A stretch of DNA of 64,000 bases from an uncultured Candidatus Saccharibacteria bacterium (lineage in GTDB: Bacteria; Patescibacteriota; Doudnabacteria; UBA920). The first letter of the stretch is position 1; each line of letters opens with the position of its first letter. The notes under the pieces were generated by a model. It saw nothing but the letters and a program-made list of their open reading frames with translations. It was not told where the DNA came from and made no database searches. Position numbers and translations under genes: made by a program. Location: the NCBI GenBank assembly GCA_964477745.1, contig CAYZEI010000001.1, positions 64,393 to 128,392 on the forward strand, written 5' to 3'. Positions 51,542 to 61,254 of the stretch are shown here, piece after piece.

Positions 51542-52006
51542 TTAATTAATTATTTCTATTTGAGTTTTTGTTTCATCGATGTCTCCTCCTACAATCCCCA
51601 CCCCAGGATAAGCCCATACACTAACAACATATTTACCAGGATTTATTTCTGAACCGAGCATGGCAGTATAAGATCCTGTATTCGCAATACCTTTAACAAG
51701 ATCATAAGAATTAAGTTTATCACAGACCATTTCGCCATTTTCTTTAAAACAACCTTTTTGCCTTTCGCCAATAATACTGATTCTGACCAGTTTATTTGTT
51801 TCCTGACTTTGTTTGCTAGAAGTCCAAGCTATGGTCTGACTTGTACCAATTTTCCAAACTTCGCCACCTTTAGGATTAGTGATGGTAAGTTTTTCGTTGG
51901 AGGGCTGAGTAACAGCCGACGTTGGTATATTTTAAGGCGCAACCTGCTTATTACATCCGGCAGCAAGCAAAAAAACAATTGAAGCTCCCAATAAAATTTT
52001 TTTCAT
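51542..52006 (-). pseudogene. Lipoprotein gene (lipobox LAAGC; Kre9/KNH-like ITNPKGGEVWKIGTSQTIAWT domain) interrupted by in-frame TAA at codon 25
   Basis: MKKILLGASIVFLLAAGCNKQVAP-TAA(51934..51932)-continues in same frame to 51542. Confidence 0.5.
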
Positions 52007-52031
52007 AAATAATATATTATTTTTTAAATAA

Positions 52032-52403
52032 TTAATTTTTTTCTTTCCATTTTTTATCTTCCAGTTTACTTTCTTTTACCCGAAACGCGGTGATTTGGCG
52101 AATTAGAGTTAGGGGTAAAGGTTTTTCCAGCGGGAACTGAATGGATCCGGTGGCGGTTTTGTATTTGGTCAATTTTTTACTAAACGCTTTTATGGCCGAA
52201 GGGGTGGGGTATAACCCGACATGATGTTTAAACCCGGCAAAAGTCACCAGTATTCGCTTGTAGGAAAAGGCGGGCATCCCCCACTTTAAACTCTCCACAG
52301 CCCCCGGCGCTACCGCGCGAATGCAAACCAACATTTCCCGTAATTTCTTTTGTGCCTCTTTTGGCGCTGCTAAAATATACTCGTTAATATTTTTTGGTTT
52401 CAT
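52032..52403 (-). CDS. DUF1801 (YdhG-like) domain protein
   Basis: AAPKEAQKKLREM...WGMPAFSYK...HVGLYP pattern. Confidence 0.6.
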   Translation of the reverse strand: MKPKNINEYILAAPKEAQKKLREMLVCIRAVAPGAVESLKWGMPAFSYKRILVTFAGFKHHVGLYPTPSAIKAFSKKLTKYKTATGSIQFPLEKPLPLTLIRQITAFRVKESKLEDKKWKEKN

Positions 52404-52530
52404 TTCCGTAGATTTATTTGTTAATTATATAAATAGTAGCAAAAAATCACCCATCTGGCGACTTTGAAATATTTTGAATTAAGCTTAAATACATGGTATA
52501 TTTAAATTAATTCAGTATTAAATCAAAAAT

Positions 52531-52830
52531 ATGAGTATTCAATACCCCACTGGTTATGATAGGTCAAAGCCACAAGAAATGTACGATCGTCATTTAGGAG
52601 CGTTAATGGACAATGAAGATGGGCCGGTAAGCCAAGGAAAATATGAGAGTGTAATACTTAGAATGAAAAGTTACCAGAATAACCCGGAAGAAATGGGAAA
52701 ACAAATTACTGCTTTAATAGATTCTATAAATAAAGAACTGCCACGTATTAAAGAATCTTTGGGGGAAGAAATGGCAAATAACTATAAAGGGTTAATCCCG
52801 GAACTAGAAAAACTCCTCCCGAATAAATAA
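52531..52830 (+). CDS. Hypothetical 99-aa protein
   Basis: ORF only. Confidence 0.4.
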   Translation: MSIQYPTGYDRSKPQEMYDRHLGALMDNEDGPVSQGKYESVILRMKSYQNNPEEMGKQITALIDSINKELPRIKESLGEEMANNYKGLIPELEKLLPNK

Positions 52831-52914
52831 TATTTAAAAAACACAATCAAATGATTGTGTTTTTTAAAACGTAAAGGATCACGTCCCCTTTTCCACATTG
52901 GCTAATTCCTGCCT

Positions 52915-52990
52915 ACCGGCGACTGGACAATTCGCGCGAATTGTCCAGTCGCCAAAATACGTAAGTGATGGGATATGTCCCCATTCACAT
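52915..52990 (+). repeat. Direct repeat copy 1 containing 36-nt perfect palindrome GGCGACTGGACAATTCGCGCGAATTGTCCAGTCGCC (52918..52953)
   Basis: Seen directly; partner at 53330..53412. Confidence 0.8.
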
Positions 52991-53066
52991 TCTTGGCAAA
53001 GACACTAAAAGTTGTGGTAAAATATACGGACTAACAATTATCCTTTAAAAAAGGAGTACCAAATTT

Positions 53067-53282
53067 ATGAAGCAAATGACATGTGCCCAAATGGGCGGAC
53101 CTGCAGAGTGTAGCTTTACGCTCTCCGGCAACACTGCCGAAGAAATGGTTAAAAACGGCTTTGACCACGTAATGCAAGCACACCCTGAAATGGGACAAAA
53201 GATTCAAAGCAACAGTCCGGAAGAAAATGAAAAATGGATGGCTGGCTTTCGAGCCACATTCGACGCCATCCCGGAAATGTAA
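53067..53282 (+). CDS. Small DUF1059-like protein (MKQMTCAQMGGPAEC...)
   Basis: AGGAG RBS; extended -10 TGGTAAAAT upstream; terminator 53296..53325. Confidence 0.5.
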   Translation: MKQMTCAQMGGPAECSFTLSGNTAEEMVKNGFDHVMQAHPEMGQKIQSNSPEENEKWMAGFRATFDAIPEM

Positions 53283-53329
53283 AAAGAATTTAAAAAACTC
53301 ATCCAAATTGGATGAGTTTTTTTATACGA

Positions 53330-53412
53330 ATCAGCGCTGGACAATTCGCGCGAATTGTCCAGTCGCCAAAATACGTAATTAAATATGAGGTTAATGGGCC
53401 ATGTCCCCATTT
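53330..53412 (+). repeat. Direct repeat copy 2 with 34-nt near-perfect palindrome (53334..53367)
   Basis: Shares palindrome + AAAATACGTAA...ATGTCCCCATT with copy 1. Confidence 0.8.
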
Positions 53413-53456
53413 GTTTTAGATTTACAATATTATAAAGAATCTGGATTTGATTATAA

Positions 53457-54098
53457 CTATTGTTTTTTAGGAGACTCGGAATACTCTTCTATTGTTTTAT
53501 CCTGAACAGAGTCAACTTTAAAAAAGGGTGTTTTTTTGCCTTGTTGATCTTCTGCATCTACAACTGTGCCAACAATTTGGTATTCTCGAGTTCCTTTTAG
53601 ACCAGAACCTTTAGGGTCTTCCTTTAAGAAGACATATTGCGATTCACCACCATCTGCGATCATATCTATACTAGGGGAATTGGGCTCAGGATTAGCACGT
53701 AATTTAAAGAAATCCGTTCTTGTAACGACGGTTTTCGTATAATATACTCGGGAATTGCCAATCAGAGCACTGTCTAATTCAAAACGTTTTACATCTTTAG
53801 GACCAAGGTATGTTGGGATGCCCCTAGTTTTTATATAACCTTTATCGCGGTAAGCATTTAAACCGTTATTAACTAAGTCTTCCACTTTTGTCTCCGGCAT
53901 TTGTTCTATTTCTTTTCGAGAAATACCGCACGCAGCCATTGCCAAACCTAATCCCGCAGTTAAAACCAATCGTTGAAAACGGCTCCAAAACTTAGCCACT
54001 TGCGGATTGTTGAGTGACTCTCTTAATTCTTTATTTCCTGGTATTTCGGAAGCCGTTTGGGATTGCTCCGTATTTTGAGATGGATATTTTTCACTCAT
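53457..54098 (-). CDS. Putative lipoprotein, unknown function
   Basis: Signal/TM segment with LAMAACG lipobox-like motif. Confidence 0.45.
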   Translation of the reverse strand: MSEKYPSQNTEQSQTASEIPGNKELRESLNNPQVAKFWSRFQRLVLTAGLGLAMAACGISRKEIEQMPETKVEDLVNNGLNAYRDKGYIKTRGIPTYLGPKDVKRFELDSALIGNSRVYYTKTVVTRTDFFKLRANPEPNSPSIDMIADGGESQYVFLKEDPKGSGLKGTREYQIVGTVVDAEDQQGKKTPFFKVDSVQDKTIEEYSESPKKQ

Positions 54099-54330
54099 AT
54101 AATATTTTTAATTAGCTTAATCTTAACACACAGTAATTATATGGAAAAGAGAGTTAAAGACGCTATACGAAATGTTTAAAAGATAATGAGGACATGACCA
54201 ATTTTATTTCAAACAAAAAAACTCCACCCGGATGGGTGAAGTTTTTTGTGGTAGTCTTTTATAAATAGAATCTAAACACCTTTATGAAGAAAATACAATA
54301 ATGAACAACGGTGATACTAGTCTTAAATAG

Positions 54331-55287
54331 TTAGCCATTTTCAAACATATCCTTGTTTGCCCTAAAATTTTCTGGCCATTTATGTTTTAAAGTGGCAACT
54401 ATGGAAGACTTTAAATTAAAATCGTTTGTTTCAAAATAATCACGAACCAAAATTGCCAACTGCTCATTTTCTTCATTATCCTTTGAAATCCCCAAAGCTG
54501 CCAATACCCTTAGTGATTCATTCCCAAAAGCCCTTTCAATATCCCTTAAGTGCATCATTTCTCCTGTAAACAAACCCCTTTTGAATCTCTCCCATACTTT
54601 TTCGGGGTTCTCATTTTTTATTTCAGCAACCTTACCTATAATAACACCTATAGTTTCAACATAATAATCATAAATGTCTAACACTTTGGGAATCCCTTTA
54701 GGCTCAAGCTTTAACTCGGAAACTAATTCTTCTTCATGTTTATGATATAGTTCGTTTTCGAGTTTGGTAGTTATGGCTTCAACAAAACCATCAAAATGTG
54801 AATGTTTGTCTTTTGGATGCTCAATTCCATACCCCACTCTGTACTGTTTTAGGCTCTGCTCTTTTAGAGAAGCAAAATATTTCTGGTGTGATAAAGCGTG
54901 AATTGTTTCGTGAATTATTGTTGAACAAATATCTAATTCATCCCAGCCTTCAAAAGTATCATCATAAACATATATTCCGTCTTCTGGTAAACTCTTATAA
55001 AAAGCAACTGTTTTATGATTAGGAAAATGCTGTGCAAATACAGTAGGCTTCAAAAAATGAAATCTGTGAGGGGGGAACGGCGCAATAGTGGCAATCCCCA
55101 ATTTTTTAAACTCATCTTGCAAATACAAATTCACTAACTCAATCAGCTTTAATTGTTTCTGAGTTTTTTTTGTTTCTCCCTCCAAAATTTTAGCGCCTAC
55201 TTCTTTTTTTCTATCAATCTCTTCCCGCACGGCTTTTTCTAGTTCGGGATGAATGTCTTTGCCAACCAGGCCGTATTCTTTACTCAT
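54331..55287 (-). CDS. Hypothetical protein with HExxH motif (IIHETIHALSH)
   Basis: Possible zinc-dependent hydrolase; otherwise no recognised domain. Confidence 0.45.
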   Translation of the reverse strand: MSKEYGLVGKDIHPELEKAVREEIDRKKEVGAKILEGETKKTQKQLKLIELVNLYLQDEFKKLGIATIAPFPPHRFHFLKPTVFAQHFPNHKTVAFYKSLPEDGIYVYDDTFEGWDELDICSTIIHETIHALSHQKYFASLKEQSLKQYRVGYGIEHPKDKHSHFDGFVEAITTKLENELYHKHEEELVSELKLEPKGIPKVLDIYDYYVETIGVIIGKVAEIKNENPEKVWERFKRGLFTGEMMHLRDIERAFGNESLRVLAALGISKDNEENEQLAILVRDYFETNDFNLKSSIVATLKHKWPENFRANKDMFENG

Positions 55288-55298
55288 TTTTAATCCTT

Positions 55299-55514
55299 TT
55301 AATTTTTGATTAAGCGATTATACGAAGATTTTATTAACCTATAATCTAAGTAGATAAAACCAATTGCTATTAATATACTCGTGGCGTTAGCACCTATCGA
55401 TTCAGCACCGTCTATAGGGTAAAAAGTTAATACTGAAAACATAACAAAAATGGTTAAAGCGATTAAAATAATCGATGTTGAGTAGAAAATTATTTGATTA
55501 TAGATATTTTTCAT
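55299..55514 (-). CDS. Small two-TM membrane protein
   Basis: Hydrophobicity only. Confidence 0.3.
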   Translation of the reverse strand: MKNIYNQIIFYSTSIILIALTIFVMFSVLTFYPIDGAESIGANATSILIAIGFIYLDYRLIKSSYNRLIKN

Positions 55515-55698
55515 ATTTTAGATATTAATTTTTACATATCCAGTATATACCTAAGCCAAATCGTTGTAAATAAAGCTTATATAAGGGATTCATGGGGAAA
55601 TTTTACCCTTGAAAAATTTGAGCATTTATGGTAGAATATCAAAAGTTATTCGTTTATAGTGTCATCTTCTATAATTGATGCATAAACTTACTAATCAT

Positions 55699-55773
55699 GG
55701 CGCTATCATCTAACGGTTAGGATAAGTGGTTTTCATCCACTAAATCGGGGTTCGATTCCCCGTAGCGCTACCA
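55699..55773 (+). tRNA. tRNA-Glu (anticodon UUC), CCA encoded
   Basis: Anticodon loop TTTTCAT, T-loop GGGGTTCGATTCCCC, acceptor pairing. Confidence 0.85.
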
Positions 55774-55897
55774 CTAACAACCTCATTCCCCGGAATGGGG
55801 TTTTTAGTTTGCTTTTATCGGTAAAGGAATGGTTTTCTAAAATTTTGGCATGATTGTAGCATTTCTTAATTAGGCCTATAATTAAGGTAAATTAGTT

Positions 55898-57028
55898 TTG
55901 ATTCTTATTTTACAATCTACAATGCCTACAAAAAAATATAAAATAATACTTGATACAAATTTTATATGGAATGACCAAAATAACGGATTGGGAGTTATTT
56001 TTAGTGAACATCTTAATCAACTATCTGCATTTATAAAAAAACATGATTTGATGGCTTCTGTACAGATCTGTTTGCCGGAAATGGTCATCAAGGAGAGGGT
56101 TGCCCAGAAAGTCCGTAAGGCTGATGAATTTAGAAGAAATAGCATGCTAGCATTAAAAAGTTTAGAAACAATAAACCTAAAAGTTGGAAATAAAAAATTT
56201 GAAATAATCGACCTTGAAAAAGCATTTAAAAAAAAGGCTGCGGATATAGTAAGTACCAATAATATTGAAGTAATACCAATCCCCAAAATTAAAAATCATG
56301 ACATTATTAATCGTTCGTTAAGAAAGATTCCCCCTTTTTCGAAAAAAAATACTGATTCAGGCTATAAGGATACAATTATTTGGCTATCTATTTTGGAGGA
56401 TGCAAAAAAGTCAAAAGATTTTGAATATATTTTTTGCACAGAAAATACAAATGATTTTATAATCCCAGAATGCGCAGATGAATTTAAAAAAATTACAAAA
56501 ATCAATATTGAATTTGTAAATAATTTAGATGAGCTAAAATTATTTTTAGACAAGGAGCTAATTTTAAATTTAGAGCTTAAAAAACTTAATGAGCGTATAA
56601 CCGATGAGATAAAACAACATTTGGGAAATCTAAACATTGAATTTAATAAATTTGTTAGAAAAGAACCCGACCCTTTCCCACGAAATCCTTATACATCATT
56701 AAGGGCTTTTGATTCTATTTTAGGAGAAGAAAATAAAGGCGCAATTAAAGGTTATAATGTTTTAAATTTTGCACCAACTAACATTGACCAAAAAAATAAA
56801 TATCAATTTAGCATTGAGGGGGACTTAATGGTTGAAGAGGTATTTGATAATTCAAAAAATGAACCCTTTTTGGTTTATAGGCCTAGTTTTGGGGTAGATA
56901 CTAAGCCTATTACAACGCAGTGGCGCACGCACTTTATATGGAATGATCAAAATAAAACTTTTACTTCATTATTTACAAATCGGCCTTACCCGCCGGTGGG
57001 AATGGCACACTCTTGGGGAATGATTTAA
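55898..57028 (+). CDS. PIN-like-domain protein (DUF4935-like), 376 aa, very AT-rich
   Basis: N-terminal KYKIILDTNFIW PIN-like start; ORFan-like composition next to tRNA. Confidence 0.5.
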   Translation: MILILQSTMPTKKYKIILDTNFIWNDQNNGLGVIFSEHLNQLSAFIKKHDLMASVQICLPEMVIKERVAQKVRKADEFRRNSMLALKSLETINLKVGNKKFEIIDLEKAFKKKAADIVSTNNIEVIPIPKIKNHDIINRSLRKIPPFSKKNTDSGYKDTIIWLSILEDAKKSKDFEYIFCTENTNDFIIPECADEFKKITKINIEFVNNLDELKLFLDKELILNLELKKLNERITDEIKQHLGNLNIEFNKFVRKEPDPFPRNPYTSLRAFDSILGEENKGAIKGYNVLNFAPTNIDQKNKYQFSIEGDLMVEEVFDNSKNEPFLVYRPSFGVDTKPITTQWRTHFIWNDQNKTFTSLFTNRPYPPVGMAHSWGMI

Positions 57029-57099
57029 TACAAAACACTAATTCAATGAATCATGGATAACCAATCAATAATCAACATTTTAAAGTTAACTAAATTCTA

Positions 57100-58608
57100 A
57101 TGACAACACTCTCAACAAAAAATGTATATTCTATAGGTTTAATATCCCTTGTTTTAGGGCTGGCTTTTACCTATTTATTTTTTGACAAAGTGCCGGGAAT
57201 TTCATTGGTAATTTATGTGGCACTAATACTGTCCGGGCTGTTTGGATTACTGACGTATTTTAAAATACAAAACCGTAAAATTATTGCCTATTATTTATTG
57301 CCCCTGTTATTTTATTCCTTTATGGTCAGCGTGCAAGACAATGAATTTTTAACTTTCTTTAATTTTGTAATGACTTTGGGTTTGCTTATGCTATTGTCCA
57401 GCCATTTAGTCGGGCAAAGCGTTAAAAATTTCTTAATTTTGGATTATGCCAAAACTGCTGTACTATTACCGCTAAAAATTATTGGCAATGCATTTAACGG
57501 TTTAGTGAGAATGCTTTCCGTTGGCAAAAACATAAAAGACAACCAACACTCATCCCAAATAGTAAAAGGGGTGCTATTTACCGTGCCCATTGTAATATTC
57601 TTTTTACTGCTCTTTAGTTCCGCGGATTTAGCGTTTAACCATTTTGTTTCCGGCCTGTTTAATTTCAATTTTAATTTAGACGAAAACACCATTCCTCAAA
57701 TTTGGTGGACGGGAATTTTTACTTTTGTGTGGCTTGGCGCCGGTACATACATTTTAGAAAATTCAGATGGTAGCGAGATCGTGGAAGTAGTGGAAAAAGT
57801 ACCCACTTACCGATTTGGGAATATTGAAGCGGGCATTCTTTTTACTACGCTCAATGTTCTGTTTTTAACTTTTGTAATAGTGCAAATAAAATATTTGTTT
57901 GCCGGGCACAGTGCTATTACGGCTTTAGGTTTTACTTACGCCGATTACGCCCACAAAGGCTTTGGGGAATTAGTGACTGTTGCCTTGTTTACTTTTGGAA
58001 TAATTTTTCTGGCAGATGTATATATAGAGAGAAAAGAAAACAGATCCGGAGTTCTGTTTAAAAGCCTAACCGGCTTGCTAATAATTTTAGTGCTGGTAAT
58101 TATTGCTTCGGCTTTTACTCGGCTAAATATTTACGAACAAGCCTATAGTTTTACGCGCCAAAGAATTTTAGTGCAAGGCTTTATTCTGTGGCTGGCTGTG
58201 GTGTTTTTATGGCTAAGCTATAAAATTATGTTTGGCACGAAAACCAGACAATTTATTTTTGGTATATTTTTGTCTGTTATTGCTTTCTTTGTAGTATTTA
58301 ATTTATTTAATCCCGATGCCTTTATTGCCAAAAAAAATATTGCTAAAGATTTGAGCACCGGCAGACTAGATACCAAATATTTATCCATTCTGTCGGCCGA
58401 CGCCATTCCAGAACTTGTTCCTCTACTTAATATGCCAATGGCTAAAGACATATACGGCAATCCCCTGCCTCACGAAGTGGCTGTGGTTTTAAAAAATTAT
58501 CATGACACAAACCTTACGCAGTCTTGGCAATCCTATAACTTTTCCCGCGCCAGGGCTAAAAATATAATTAACAATAACTGGGATTTAATTTCCAAATTAG
58601 CCCAGTAA
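57100..58608 (+). CDS. Polytopic membrane protein (~12 TM), unknown function
   Basis: Hydrophobicity pattern. Confidence 0.5.
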   Translation: MTTLSTKNVYSIGLISLVLGLAFTYLFFDKVPGISLVIYVALILSGLFGLLTYFKIQNRKIIAYYLLPLLFYSFMVSVQDNEFLTFFNFVMTLGLLMLLSSHLVGQSVKNFLILDYAKTAVLLPLKIIGNAFNGLVRMLSVGKNIKDNQHSSQIVKGVLFTVPIVIFFLLLFSSADLAFNHFVSGLFNFNFNLDENTIPQIWWTGIFTFVWLGAGTYILENSDGSEIVEVVEKVPTYRFGNIEAGILFTTLNVLFLTFVIVQIKYLFAGHSAITALGFTYADYAHKGFGELVTVALFTFGIIFLADVYIERKENRSGVLFKSLTGLLIILVLVIIASAFTRLNIYEQAYSFTRQRILVQGFILWLAVVFLWLSYKIMFGTKTRQFIFGIFLSVIAFFVVFNLFNPDAFIAKKNIAKDLSTGRLDTKYLSILSADAIPELVPLLNMPMAKDIYGNPLPHEVAVVLKNYHDTNLTQSWQSYNFSRARAKNIINNNWDLISKLAQ

Positions 58609-58629
58609 CCCTTATTAATTAAAAAACAT

Positions 58630-59130
58630 ATGAACAAAAATACTTTGGGTTTGGAATTTTTAAGAGTCTTAGAAGAAGAGCTAACAGCCAGTCGCAAGTG
58701 CTTGGAAAGAATCTCCGAAAACTTATTTGACTACAAACCTCACGAAAAATCTATGGGCATGGGCTATTTAGCACTGCTTGTTGCGGAAATGCCTTTATGG
58801 ATTGAGCAAATGGTAGAAGTCGGGGAAATAAATTTTGTGACTTTTAAACATACCCAACCAAAAACCACCGCAGAGTTGGTTGCCCACTTTGACGAGAATA
58901 TGGCCAAGGTCAAAAAATCTTTGAGCACGGTAACGGACGAAAATTTGCAAAAAACTTTTACTTTAAAATCCGGGGAACAAGTACTAATGAGTATGAAAAT
59001 AAATGAAAGCATAAGTTCCACCATTCGTCACTGGGTTCACCATCGTGGCCAACTGACTGTCTACATGCGCCTAAATAACATCCCGGTACCGTCTATTTAC
59101 GGCCCGACCGCGGATGAGGCGGGTTTTTAG
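58630..59130 (+). CDS. DinB/YfiT-family four-helix-bundle protein
   Basis: C-terminal HWVHHRGQ motif. Confidence 0.7.
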   Translation: MNKNTLGLEFLRVLEEELTASRKCLERISENLFDYKPHEKSMGMGYLALLVAEMPLWIEQMVEVGEINFVTFKHTQPKTTAELVAHFDENMAKVKKSLSTVTDENLQKTFTLKSGEQVLMSMKINESISSTIRHWVHHRGQLTVYMRLNNIPVPSIYGPTADEAGF

Positions 59131-59195
59131 CACCCTGATTATTTAAATATTAAAACACCCCGATTAAACGGGGTGTTTTTGTCTTGTTGGTAGTA

Positions 59196-59223
59196 TTGAC
59201 AAATAGCTAATTTTTGCTATAAT
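59196..59223 (+). promoter_or_regulatory. Consensus sigma70 promoter TTGACA-N16-TATAAT
   Basis: Perfect hexamers upstream of small secreted-protein gene. Confidence 0.55.
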
Positions 59224-59294
59224 TATGCGGTAAAAATAGTCCCTGGTCGAGGACTAAATACTTATTTATAAACTAACCAAATAAATATATTCAT

Positions 59295-59528
59295 ATGAAA
59301 AAAACAATCATTGCCTCCTTTTTGGTAATCGTTATGAGTGTCTTTGCGTTTGCTCCGGCTTTTGCTCCAAAAGCCAAAGCCTTTGGAACAGAGCCAACAG
59401 AATATTGTGACTACGCAGTTTACATCTTATTCAACACCAGCCCGATCAAACCGGAAAGAGAACAGGCCTATTATGATGCTGTAAGCTGGGCTTATGATTT
59501 TGTTCGTATTTGGGGTTGCTCCATATAA
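59295..59528 (+). CDS. Small secreted protein (77 aa, signal peptide, 2 Cys)
   Basis: Signal peptide AFAPAFA; hairpin terminator 59548..59572. Confidence 0.45.
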   Translation: MKKTIIASFLVIVMSVFAFAPAFAPKAKAFGTEPTEYCDYAVYILFNTSPIKPEREQAYYDAVSWAYDFVRIWGCSI

Positions 59529-59666
59529 ATTGGTTAGCTAAGCTTAAGACTTTTATACGTAAAAGTCTTGACTTATAAGCCAATTTTTGTTACAATTTGT
59601 TACTGGTTGCTTACCTAAATCTAGTTTAAAAACCAGGGAAGCCCCTACTAATACGTAGTAGTTAAA

Positions 59667-59695
59667 CCCCGCTTCGGCGGGGTTTTTTAATTATT
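59667..59695 (+). terminator. Terminator CCCCGC-TTCG-GCGGGG + T-tract
   Basis: GC hairpin with tetraloop then TTTTTT. Confidence 0.6.
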
Positions 59696-59711
59696 TTGAT
59701 ATAATACCTGT

Positions 59712-60302
59712 ATGAATATAACTGCCGCAAAATTTGTAAAAGGCATTGTGGGTCCGGACGAATCTTTGGACGACGGCATTCCGCAAATTGCTTTTATCGG
59801 CCGGTCCAATGTGGGCAAGTCCAGCGTAATTAACACCCTGGCTAACCGCAGGGATTTGGCGCGCACCAGCTCCATGCCCGGACGAACTCAGCAAATTAAT
59901 TTATTTTTACTTTCCGCTAAAGGCGGAAGCACAATGAGCTCTTTTTACTTGGTTGACTTGCCCGGCTATGGTTTTGCCAAAGCTTCCAAAGACACCCAAG
60001 AACAAATCCAAAAATTAATTTACTGGTATTTTTTTGAATCTGACTACCAGCAAAAAAAAGTGGTCCTAATTATAGACGCCAACATTGGCGCCACCAACAG
60101 CGACATGGAAATGCTTTACAGCTTAAAAGATAGGAATAAGGATGTGGTAATTGTAGCCAACAAAATCGACAAAATGAAAAAGAATTCCCTGGTGGCTCAA
60201 ATTAAAGAAATTCAAACCTCCGTCGGCAACTGCAAGGTAATCCCCTACTCCGCGGAAAAACGCATCGGTATAAACGAGTTGGCAAACGAAATTTCTAAGT
60301 AG
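59712..60302 (+). CDS. engB: GTP-binding protein EngB/YihA
   Basis: GRSNVGKSS G1 motif, DLPGYG G3. Confidence 0.85.
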   Translation: MNITAAKFVKGIVGPDESLDDGIPQIAFIGRSNVGKSSVINTLANRRDLARTSSMPGRTQQINLFLLSAKGGSTMSSFYLVDLPGYGFAKASKDTQEQIQKLIYWYFFESDYQQKKVVLIIDANIGATNSDMEMLYSLKDRNKDVVIVANKIDKMKKNSLVAQIKEIQTSVGNCKVIPYSAEKRIGINELANEISK

Positions 60303-60399
60303 CCTAAAGTTTTACTATTTACAAGTATTTATCCCGCTCTTTGGAAACAAAGAGCGGGATTTTTGCATTGTTAAAAGTTTGGGCATACAATATAGGTAT

Positions 60400-61254
60400 A
60401 TGAATAAAAAGTATCCAAAAATTGGTTTAGCTTTAAGTGGTGGCGCAGCCTTAGGAATTGCCCATGTCGGCGCCCTGCAAGCCTTGGCTGATCATAATGT
60501 CCCCATTAGCTACCTGTCAGGGACCAGTGCCGGGGCAGTGGTTGCCGCAGGTTTGGCCTTTGGTCTGACCCCGGAGCAAATGTCCGAACGGGCCAAAAAC
60601 TTAAGCTGGTACAAACTCTCCAATATTTCCTACTCCCGCATGGGTTTAATTACCACTCAAGGCGTGGGTAATATGATGAAAGAAATTTTAGGCGATGTAA
60701 ACATTGAAGACGCCAAAATCCCGTTGGCAATTGTCGCCACCAATATTGAAAATGGTGAGGCAATAATTTTTAAAAAAGGAAGCGTGGCAGAAGCAGTAAT
60801 GGCCAGCGTGTGCATTCCCGGATTATTTGTTCCCACCGAGTATCAAGGAAAAAAATTAGTTGACGGCGGTTTGGTAAAAAATCTCCCGCTTTCGTTACTG
60901 GATGAAATGGGTGCAGAATTCACCATTGGTGTGAACTTAGCCCGTTGGCGAACATATAAAAAACCAAATAACTTATTGGATGTTATGATTAGCGCCCTGG
61001 ATATTTTAACCCATAAGCAAACGAATTTGGATGCCTTACAGGCGGATATGATTATTGAACCCCACCTGGAACAATTTTCCGCTTCGGACTTTAAAAAAGC
61101 CGCGGAACTAATTACCGAAGGCTACCGGGCAACAATCTTAGCCTTGCCGGCCTTAACCGATTCAATTTCCCAAACCAATAAAACTCAACAACCCGAAACA
61201 AGCCTATGGCAAAAATTCTTATCAATTTTTAAAAGTAAATCTAAAAATATATGA
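60400..61254 (+). CDS. Patatin-like phospholipase
   Basis: GGAALG oxyanion motif and GTSAG nucleophile elbow, DGG catalytic Asp. Confidence 0.8.
   Translation: MNKKYPKIGLALSGGAALGIAHVGALQALADHNVPISYLSGTSAGAVVAAGLAFGLTPEQMSERAKNLSWYKLSNISYSRMGLITTQGVGNMMKEILGDVNIEDAKIPLAIVATNIENGEAIIFKKGSVAEAVMASVCIPGLFVPTEYQGKKLVDGGLVKNLPLSLLDEMGAEFTIGVNLARWRTYKKPNNLLDVMISALDILTHKQTNLDALQADMIIEPHLEQFSASDFKKAAELITEGYRATILALPALTDSISQTNKTQQPETSLWQKFLSIFKSKSKNI

Noticed and set aside
55955-56960. Treating the FIWNDQN DNA repeats (55959..55981 and 56934..56956) as attL/attR of an integrated element
   Set aside because: Both copies lie inside the same ORF and encode the same peptide motif. That is more parsimoniously a protein-level internal repeat. 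No integrase is present.
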